Positions 1 to 5,837 of a stretch of DNA of 19,831 bases are shown here, one piece after another. Source of the DNA: a filamentous cyanobacterium CCP2 (GTDB lineage Bacteria > Cyanobacteriota > Cyanobacteriia > Elainellales > Elainellaceae); NCBI GenBank assembly GCA_003003615.1, contig PVWD01000095.1, positions 1 to 19,831 of the forward strand. The letters run 5' to 3'. Position 1 is the stretch's first letter; every line of letters begins with the position of its first letter. The notes under the pieces were generated by a model that was given only the letters and a program-made list of their open reading frames with translations, was not told where the DNA came from and did no database searches. A program made the position numbers and the translations under genes.

Positions 1-263
1 ATGGTAAGGCAACGGATGGAAAAGTTAGGACAATTCCAGGTGACTGAAAACCGAAACGGATAGGTTGGGCATTACGGAACCGTCTTAACGTCCTTGCGTA
101 GGGCTATAGCAATCACTAGGGGGCAGTGCGCTGGGTTACTGGCGATAGAGCTTAGAAAAGCTACGATTTCGTAACCTACATGACTTGTTTCTCGGAGGAT
201 AGCCCGATATTCTGGCAGAAGAGACGCTGAAATCGCACTTTTTAGAACCTGTTTGCCCCCCGT

Positions 264-1481
264 ATGGCTAATCTCCCTCGTCTACCAAAACGTCAACCCG
301 CTCCAACGCTGGCTCTCAAGCGATCGATCAATTATTCTGCTGCAACATCCCGATTTCATTTGGCGGGTTGGTGGTTGTGGGCGGTTCCAACACTGTTTTT
401 GTCAGGTGGAGCCGGTTATTGGGCAATTAATCATTTACTGGCCTTACCCGATTTGCCAGGATGCCGCTCTGCTGATGCAGCTAAAGCCCCTTCTTCGGTA
501 CAGCTCTACTGTGCCCAGGAGATGGCAAACCACAAAACGACGGATTCGCTACGACGGGCAATTCTGATGGTGAATGATGTGGCACCGGATGATCCGTTTC
601 GGGCAGAGAGCGATCGCTGGATGAGAACCTGGACTGAGGAAATTTTGCAGTCTGGGGAGGTTGCTTTTCAGCGGGGAGATTTGAAACAGGCGATCAGGCT
701 GGCGGAACAAATTCCGACAACGGTTAGGACACGCCATTTGGCGACGGAGCGGATTGATCGCTGGCAGCTCATTTGGTCAAAGGCAGAGCGAATCTATGAC
801 CAAACGGAGTCTGAAATTGGTTGGGGAAATTGGGACAGGGCGATCGCCGCAGCTAAAGATCTGTTGACGATTGGTAATGAATATTGGGCGACAACCAAAT
901 ATCAGGAGTTGATGAAACACCTGCAAGCGACTAAAGAGCTAAACCAAATGCAGGCAAGCCCTACGGCTCGGCGCACTTCTGCCCGATCGAATGACCCGGT
1001 GGGAGATTATTTAACGCAACGGGAGCAACAACGGGAACAGGAGGCAACTTCTCGGTTGGCAAGGGCGCGAGAACTGGCCAGTGCGGGCGATGTGGCAGGA
1101 CTCCGAGCGGGCATCTTGGAGGCGAGACAGGTTCTCTTTGGTACTCCTCGCTATGATGAGGCGCAGCAGGCAATTACCACATGGCGAGAACAGATTGATG
1201 CGATCGAGGATTGGCCTCATTTAGACCGAGCCAGACAATTGGCCCGTCAGGGAGATTTAGAGTCGATCGAGGCGGCAATTCGGGAGGCGCGGCGCATTGG
1301 CTGGGGTCGTCCGCTTTATGCTGAAGCCCATGAACAAATTCAAGTATGGCAAGAAGAAGCCTACCAGCTACGTGCAACTCGCCAAACCCAGCCGCTTCAA
1401 CCGATTGAAACAGTAGACACCAGAACACCACCCCCTCAAGCGCAATCTGATGGGATTCCAGTGGTAGAACCGATCGAGTAG
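264..1481 (+). CDS. Hypothetical protein with one N-terminal TM segment and degenerate TPR-like helical repeats of about 35-40 aa
   Basis: 405-aa ORF with a hydrophobic stretch WWLWAVPTLFLSGGAGYWAI near the N-terminus. Repeated helical units such as GDLKQAIRLAEQIP..., WDRAIAAAKDLL... and GDLESIEAAIREARRIGW... HIP1 sites occur in the coding region, so it looks native. No family recognised. Confidence 0.6.
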   Translation: MANLPRLPKRQPAPTLALKRSINYSAATSRFHLAGWWLWAVPTLFLSGGAGYWAINHLLALPDLPGCRSADAAKAPSSVQLYCAQEMANHKTTDSLRRAILMVNDVAPDDPFRAESDRWMRTWTEEILQSGEVAFQRGDLKQAIRLAEQIPTTVRTRHLATERIDRWQLIWSKAERIYDQTESEIGWGNWDRAIAAAKDLLTIGNEYWATTKYQELMKHLQATKELNQMQASPTARRTSARSNDPVGDYLTQREQQREQEATSRLARARELASAGDVAGLRAGILEARQVLFGTPRYDEAQQAITTWREQIDAIEDWPHLDRARQLARQGDLESIEAAIREARRIGWGRPLYAEAHEQIQVWQEEAYQLRATRQTQPLQPIETVDTRTPPPQAQSDGIPVVEPIE

Positions 1482-1661
1482 GCTCAGGCAGGGGAAGGAT
1501 GGAAATTCAATCAACAAGCTGGGTGAAACTTTGAAATCGTTGCTAAAGCGCGATCGTATTCTTCTTCGGTTTCAATCACTTTTGGTGTTGTTTCTGTTAG
1601 TAAATTGCGGTAGGCGATCGGGTTAAAAGTAAGGGTCATTTCTTCAAAATTGGCGCATAGT

Positions 1662-2930
1662 CTATTTTGGCTTTAACCAACTTTTGACGATCGCTTTACC
1701 AATATTGACATACGGATTATCTAAAAACTCCTCTATTGTTGCTTCAGTACCAGCTTGTAAAGCAGCAACAACTCGACGTTTAAAACTAGGAGTCGTTTCG
1801 TCATTAACATATACGATTTTCTCAGCTTCAGTTGCAGTTGGGTTAGATTTTTCTAGCTGCTTGAGAAGTTGCTGAATTTGTTCTGCCGCCTCAGTAAGAG
1901 TTTGTTTTTGCTCGGATTGAATAAAGGTATTGTTATCTGATCGAGCATATTTACCAACAGCACCTGCTTGCCCGACATTGTATATATCACCTTGATTGTC
2001 TGTATTCATTTCTCCTATTACCTGTTTATTTTCTGTTGTAGCTTTTGTTTCTATCGTTAAAGATGGTAGACCTTTATTGGCAAGCGTATGAATAAATCCT
2101 TCCAAACTAGAGTAATGTTGTCGATAAAGGGTTATTAGCTCATCTTTCCCTCTAAGTTCAGCCTGATATCTTGCTTCTAATACTTGGACGGAGTTTGTGT
2201 AGTTATACATCAAGTCTTCTAGAATAACTTCTTTGTTAGCATTAGCAGGAACCTTGACTTGAATTACCCAAATACCGTCGTCTCTTTGAGAAATACTTTG
2301 GACTTTGAGTTCAACATCTTCATTTTCAGTTACTATTAAGAAAGATTGCTCAAGAGCTTTCCAATTTACTCCTGCTGGCAGTGGAAGCGAAATCAAATCA
2401 GATGCGTTAGTTACGAGTTTAATATCTTGAATTTCTACACGAGTGACTTTAATCCCCCAAGGCTTAGTGGCTTCATCCAAATTTCTCAGCAATGCACGAA
2501 TGATTCGATAGCGATTTGTGTTCGCCTCCTGAAAGGACATTCGTCTTACTTCTGAGCGTACTGTTGTAATGATTAGGTTTTCGACACCAGCTTCTACATC
2601 TTCAACTGCATAATGCGCGTGCTCCAATTCAGAAATCCGCCAGAATACCACAGTCTCGACTGCAATCCGAACATTGTCTGCTGTCATCGCTTCACTCTTC
2701 GCTGTTTCAGAGCCAATACGTAACGAAACTTGCTCTTTTGTAGAAGCTATGACAACCATTTCATCAACAAATGGAATAATCCCAAAGTGAAGCCCGGGCG
2801 TTAACTTTCTGTGATATCGCCCCAACCGCTCGACCAGTGCTTCACTACCTTCCTGAACTCTTTTAGTTGATGCAAAACTCGCAACTATAACAATAAGAAT
2901 AAAAGAGAATAGCCAAATTAGAGAGTCCAT
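1662..2930 (-). CDS. SPFH/Band-7 (stomatin/prohibitin/HflK-C-like) membrane protein with a coiled-coil and an unassigned ~110-aa C-terminal domain
   Basis: 422 aa. N-terminal TM helix LIWLFSFILIVIVASF, followed by the typical SPFH core (VQEGSEALVERLGRYHRKLTPGLHFGIIPFVDEMVVIASTKEQ..., VRSEVRRMSFQEANTNRYRI...). The gene is about 40% GC against about 52% for its neighbours and contains no HIP1 sites. Confidence 0.85.
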   Translation of the reverse strand: MDSLIWLFSFILIVIVASFASTKRVQEGSEALVERLGRYHRKLTPGLHFGIIPFVDEMVVIASTKEQVSLRIGSETAKSEAMTADNVRIAVETVVFWRISELEHAHYAVEDVEAGVENLIITTVRSEVRRMSFQEANTNRYRIIRALLRNLDEATKPWGIKVTRVEIQDIKLVTNASDLISLPLPAGVNWKALEQSFLIVTENEDVELKVQSISQRDDGIWVIQVKVPANANKEVILEDLMYNYTNSVQVLEARYQAELRGKDELITLYRQHYSSLEGFIHTLANKGLPSLTIETKATTENKQVIGEMNTDNQGDIYNVGQAGAVGKYARSDNNTFIQSEQKQTLTEAAEQIQQLLKQLEKSNPTATEAEKIVYVNDETTPSFKRRVVAALQAGTEATIEEFLDNPYVNIGKAIVKSWLKPK

Positions 2931-2952
2931 GTGCCGCAGTTTCAGTATTTAC

Positions 2953-2985
2953 GGTCAAAGTAGCGAGCTTGTTTGTTCTTTGACC
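2953..2985. promoter_or_regulatory. Inverted repeat GGTCAAAG-N17-CTTTGACC just upstream of the SPFH start
   Basis: Perfect 8-bp arms with a 17-bp spacer, lying 23-55 bp upstream of the minus-strand start at 2930. Candidate operator or promoter element. Confidence 0.3.
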
Positions 2986-3069
2986 ATTAGTCTATCCTCT
3001 TTTCCACGAAACTAGTTTTAACCAGAGGGCAGCAGTCCCCAACCGCGTCCTTACTACGATTGCTCATAC

Positions 3070-3140
3070 TCACCCTTAATCTGCTCCAGGTTATGCCGAT
3101 CGATCAGTTCCCGAATTCGATCGGTTTGCAAGCACTCTTC
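3070..3140. repeat. Copy 1 of a 71-bp direct repeat (67/71 identical to 4991..5061). It is the displaced 3' fragment of an RHH-like gene and contains an internal palindrome CCGATCGA-N13-TCGATCGG.
   Basis: Direct comparison of the two copies. On the minus strand this copy reads ...PEECLQTDRIRELIDRHNLEQIKGEYEQS*, against ...EEYLQTDRIRELIDRHNLDQIKGDDEAE* for the intact gene at 4975..5181. Confidence 0.8.
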
Positions 3141-3187
3141 TGGTTTACGTAGTAGAGCACAATGCTCGAAAAGCCCCACATGAAGTC

Positions 3188-3229
3188 GATCAGTTTAAAT
3201 GTTACTGATCTTAAATGTTACTGATCAGT
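3188..3229. repeat. Composite palindrome with a tandem 16-bp duplication (TTAAATGTTACTGATC x2), bounded by GATCAGT/ACTGATC arms
   Basis: GATCAGT-TTAAATGTT-ACTGATC-TTAAATGTT-ACTGATCAGT. The tandem units are 3195-3210 and 3211-3226. Sits downstream of the high-GC gene and inside the repeat-bracketed segment. Confidence 0.6.
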
Positions 3230-3369
3230 GCGTAGTCGTCTAAACGAAGCCGACGCGTGCCGATCGCGGTGCAAGGTGGGCTTTGGTCCACTCAGCACCA
3301 CTTTGAAGAGAAGCACTTCTACAGAGGTACGGCACCAGCGGAAGGGAACTTCGAACTCGGCTTGCGTCA

Positions 3370-4158
3370 TCATCGTGCTCTTCTCGGTCTCTTTGAAGCC
3401 GCGTTCATTCGTTCTATTTGCGTCTGCTGTTCGTCGAGATTGCGCTCGTGTTCGGCCTTTGCTTCGTGATGGGCGAACTGATCGCCCGATGCTCGGTCTG
3501 AGAGTTCGTGCAGACGGTGCTTGCGGCCATAGAGGACGAGCAGATCCCTAGGACGAAGCTGTAGATCCGCTGGAGGAGTCCCGATGTAATCTTCACGTGA
3601 TCGCTTGACCCCAAGTACGAGGACACCCTCGGCTGCAAGGTTGAGCTCACCAATCGCGTGATTCGCCAACCAGGTACCGTCTTCGACTTCAACCTCAACG
3701 ATCCGGTAATCCTCGCGAAGATGCAGCAGGTCGGCGTAATCTCTCAGATCGAGCGTGGTGTAGCGGGCCAGTGAACGCTCGATCAGGGGCGTGAGCACTC
3801 GGTTGAAGGCCCGGCTTCGAGCCAGTCCGATGAGCACGCAGACGCCCAGCAGCAGCACCAACAAACGCTCCGGTGCCGTCTGCCCAGATCCGACGAAGGA
3901 GAGCAGCAGCGTCGATATCGCCGACACGACTCCGATGGAGCCAAGTCGAATGAGTTGGGTGGCAATCCGCCGCCGCGCTGGGTTCTTCACAATGGACTCT
4001 GCTTCGTCAGTCGTGAATCCGGTGCCTGAGAAGGCCGAGAGTGCTTGGAAACGCGCCACCTCCTCCGATAAACCCGTCATCAAGAAAGCAACGGAGCCTA
4101 CCCGAATCACCAACATTGAAAGGGCCAGAACGAGCAGAAGGGAGACGACAGAAACCAT
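3370..4158 (-). CDS. Membrane protein with a C-terminal TrkA-C/RCK_C regulatory domain (transporter- or channel-associated), foreign high-GC origin
   Basis: 262 aa. N-terminal hydrophobic helices (VVSLLLVLALSMLVIRVGSVAFLM, LGSIGVVSAISTLLLSFVG, LLVLLLGVCVLIGLA) and a TrkA-C-like fold (DYRIVEVEVEDGTWLANHAIGELNLAAEGVLVLGVKRSREDYIGTPPADLQLRPRDLLVLYG). About 60% GC. A strong SD, GAGGAAGGAG, sits 6 nt upstream of the ATG, which is atypical for cyanobacteria. Very few HIP1 sites. Confidence 0.75.
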   Translation of the reverse strand: MVSVVSLLLVLALSMLVIRVGSVAFLMTGLSEEVARFQALSAFSGTGFTTDEAESIVKNPARRRIATQLIRLGSIGVVSAISTLLLSFVGSGQTAPERLLVLLLGVCVLIGLARSRAFNRVLTPLIERSLARYTTLDLRDYADLLHLREDYRIVEVEVEDGTWLANHAIGELNLAAEGVLVLGVKRSREDYIGTPPADLQLRPRDLLVLYGRKHRLHELSDRASGDQFAHHEAKAEHERNLDEQQTQIERMNAASKRPRRAR

Positions 4159-4201
4159 AGCTACTCCTTCCTCAGGGAACAGGGTGAGAACCTGGTTTAA
4201 T

Positions 4202-4456
4202 TCAGAATGCTCCGATCAGTAGCTCGGAGTAGGATTCAAGTCCTCGTGTGAAGTACGCGCGCAGCACCTCCCTACCCACTACCTTTCCTGACGGATTATC
4301 AAGCAGTTTCGCTGCGACGGGCGATACCAGGATCACATCCGCTGCGTAATGGGACAAGCTGGTATCGAGGTCATGTGAGTTCCATGCCTGTACCCAATGA
4401 TGGGCGAAATCGTGCAGTTCTATCTCGGTGAGCATGGCAGTCTCCGCAAGAGGCAT
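4202..4456 (-). pseudogene. SnoaL-like/NTF2-like small protein, probably C-terminally truncated. Alternative starts: GTG at 4492, ATG at 4435.
   Basis: MLTEIELHDFAHHWVQAWNSHDLDTSLSHYAADVILVSP... matches the NTF2-like/SnoaL polyketide-cyclase-like N-terminal half. The ORF ends after about 85-96 aa, right at the junction with the high-GC segment, whereas the family is usually 120-140 aa. Confidence 0.5.
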
Positions 4457-4479
4457 AACTATATATTCACCGTCAAAAG

Positions 4480-4689
4480 TGCGGGATAACACCCCTATGT
4501 TCCACGATTGTCCATCAGATCTGCGGGATAAAACCAGACTTTCAGGATTTAAACAGAAAAATTGATAGTTAAGTCTGGGGATTTGGGGTGTTATCCGTCA
4601 CATTTGATAGTTAAGTATGGAGATTCGGGTGCCTATCTGTCACTTTTGCTGGATAACATCCTTGATAACGGTATTATCCAGCATCTATC
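4480..4689. promoter_or_regulatory. Cluster of GGATAAC/GTTATCC motifs (repeat-rich att-like or operator-like region). It includes a 42-bp tandem imperfect repeat (4563..4604 and 4605..4646, about 36/42 identical) and a perfect palindrome GCTGGATAA-N17-TTATCCAGC (4648..4682). It lies immediately upstream of the recombinase remnant.
   Basis: Motifs read directly: GCGGGATAACACCCC (4481), GCGGGATAAAACC (4522), GGGGTGTTATCCGTCAC (4585, inverted relative to 4481), GCCTATCTGTCAC, CTGGATAACATCC, TTGATAACGG, GTATTATCCAGC. Each tandem unit carries GTTAAGT. Confidence 0.55.
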
Positions 4690-4830
4690 ATGTCGCAACC
4701 TCAACCGCCACGCCTGCTTGATCAAGTCCGGCGATCGATCCCTCTCAAGCACTTCAGCCTCAAAACTGAGAAATCTTGCGTTCACTACATTCGCGATTTC
4801 ATTCGCGGTAAATGTCATTCAAAGACATAG
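4690..4830 (+). pseudogene. N-terminal remnant (46 codons) of an IntI/XerD-like tyrosine recombinase (Phage_integr_N / PF13495-type SAM-like domain)
   Basis: MSQPQPPRLLDQVRRSIPLKHFSLKTEKSCVHYIRDFIRGKCHSKT* parallels the IntI1 N-terminus ...[33 protein letters not shown]. It ends at a stop after 46 codons. No downstream frame continues a recombinase catalytic domain. Confidence 0.6.
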
Positions 4831-4974
4831 GAGTAATCGTGTAAGAACTACTGAAGTGCAAAATCTAAGCAACGTCGTGCCTTGGCTACGTTTTTTCTTA
4901 ACCTGCAAACCATCGCCTATCTTTTCTGCGATCGCCTCAATCTGATCCACATCAGCTATGCCTGCCAAAAATTC

Positions 4975-5181
4975 TTACTCCGCCTCATCGTCACCCTTAA
5001 TCTGATCCAGGTTATGCCGATCGATCAATTCCCGAATTCGATCGGTTTGCAAGTATTCTTCCAACGCCTCATTGAAGAACTCAGATACAGAGACATTCAT
5101 CAAAGCTGCTAAGGCTTTGACCAGTACGCTTGTTTCAGGATCTAGATAGACTCTAACCTCTGGGTTACGTTTAGCGTTCAC
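4975..5181 (-). CDS. Small RHH (ribbon-helix-helix, CopG/ParD-like) putative DNA-binding or antitoxin protein. Orphan, with no adjacent toxin ORF.
   Basis: 68 aa. RVYLDPETSVLVKALAALMNVSVSEFFNEALEEYL fits the beta-strand plus two-helix RHH pattern. Its 3' 71 bp is duplicated at 3070..3140. Confidence 0.55.
   Translation of the reverse strand: MNAKRNPEVRVYLDPETSVLVKALAALMNVSVSEFFNEALEEYLQTDRIRELIDRHNLDQIKGDDEAE
4991..5061. repeat. Copy 2 of the 71-bp direct repeat, forming the 3' end of the RHH-like CDS
   Basis: 67/71 identity to 3070..3140. Same internal palindrome CCGATCGA-N13-TCGATCGG. Confidence 0.8.
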
Positions 5182-5276
5182 GCGATCGGGTTTGTAGATT
5201 TTTTTCCATACCCTATTGTCTGATATCGAGGTAGTGAGCTATCGTAGTATCGTACTGCCGTAATGACGTAAAACCT

Positions 5277-5408
5277 ATGCCGACCCTCTCCGATGATGAG
5301 TTCAACCTGATCCGCAAACTCCTCATGGACTTACGCTCCATCAAAACCTCCGATCTCGACAAAGCCCTTGCTATCCTGCATAAACGCAACAAACCCATTG
5401 ACCCCTAA
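5277..5408 (+). CDS. Small ORF A1 (43 aa) of a duplicated module. Paralogous to a 27-codon ORF at 8296..8379.
   Basis: MPTLSDDEFNLIRKLLMDLRSIKTSDLDKALAILHKRNKPIDP, against copy B MDLRSIKTSDLDKALAIMSKRTKTNDR. The coding status is uncertain and it could be a non-coding repeated element. Confidence 0.3.
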   Translation: MPTLSDDEFNLIRKLLMDLRSIKTSDLDKALAILHKRNKPIDP

Positions 5409-5600
5409 CCCATCAACCCCTGTACGGGCAAAGCATTGGCAGTGAGATGTATGAATCAAAATCAAAAGTTTCTATGCAAATGCTTCGCCCCTACCCGCGC
5501 AACCCCACAACCGATCGTCCTAAACCCGATCGCCCCTTTCATATGGAGAATTCACCATGCTGATTTTGAATGATGCTCAAGCGTTGATTGTGGAATCATT
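5323..5600. repeat. Copy A of a diverged ~250-bp direct repeat module. Copy B is 8294..8505. The two copies flank the NTPase and pentapeptide gene pair.
   Basis: A near-identical 45-bp core (GGACTTACGCTCCATCAAAACCTCCGATCTCGACAAAGCCCTTGC) occurs at 5328-5372 and 8299-8343. A second conserved block lies around the ATGCTGATTTTGAA start. Confidence 0.75.
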
Positions 5601-5748
5601 GCTGACCAAAATGTTGATTAACGATGCCTATTCGGTTGCCCAATTGGAAGAAGCGATCGGTTGGTTTCAGCAAAAACAAACTGTATCTTGCCCCTTTGAG
5701 CAAACCTGGAGTAGAAATCTGGCTGATGATAAAGATGAGCTGACATGA
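5557..5748 (+). CDS. Small ORF A2 (63 aa) of the duplicated module. Its first ~5 codons (MLILND) are paralogous to a 21-codon ORF at 8465..8530; the two diverge after that.
   Basis: MLILNDAQALIVESLL..., against copy B MLILNDVQALDEIVERLRKVC*. The leaders are conserved: CCCCTTTCATATGGAGAATTCACCATGCTGATTTTGAA versus CCCCTTTGATTTGGAGATTGACCATGCTGATTTTGAA. Confidence 0.3.
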   Translation: MLILNDAQALIVESLLTKMLINDAYSVAQLEEAIGWFQQKQTVSCPFEQTWSRNLADDKDELT

Positions 5749-5837
5749 CCCGCCTAGGGTCTTTTCAGAAACTGATTGAAAAACGATACTGAAACCTTAA
5801 ACTAGGGGAACTCCTCAATTCTCCCTTCCCCCTCCCC

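Noticed and set aside
3096-3124. A T-loop-like GTTCCCGAATTCGATCGG stretch, as a possible tRNA fragment that would be the classic integration target
   Set aside because: There is no acceptor or anticodon stem context. The sequence is in frame within the RHH-like coding repeat, and the palindrome is better explained as a recombination core.
3228-3965. Several overlapping ORFs on both strands (3228..3551+, 3257..3469+, 3414..3698-, 3783..3965-, 3791..4222+)
   Set aside because: They lie in the 60%-GC segment, where stop codons are rare. They overlap the well-supported TrkA-C CDS, which has a strong SD, clear TM helices and a domain match, and they carry no motifs.
4563-4646. The tandem GTTAAGT-containing units, as bona fide integron attI DR1/DR2 sites, with the GTTATGC inside the 71-bp repeat as an attC R' core
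   Set aside because: The motifs only loosely fit the GTTRRRY consensus, and their orientation relative to the recombinase remnant is not the canonical one. I kept the integron idea as one hypothesis inside other findings, not as a feature call.
4562-4945. 127-aa plus-strand ORF spanning the GATAAC-repeat region and the recombinase remnant
   Set aside because: It is low complexity with no recognisable motif. It runs across the tandem DNA repeats and is out of frame with the clear recombinase N-terminal peptide, so it is most likely a spurious read-through ORF.
5213-5398. 61-aa minus-strand ORF overlapping small ORF A1
   Set aside because: It is antisense to the conserved repeated module, has no motif and is arginine- and serine-rich. 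Likely spurious.
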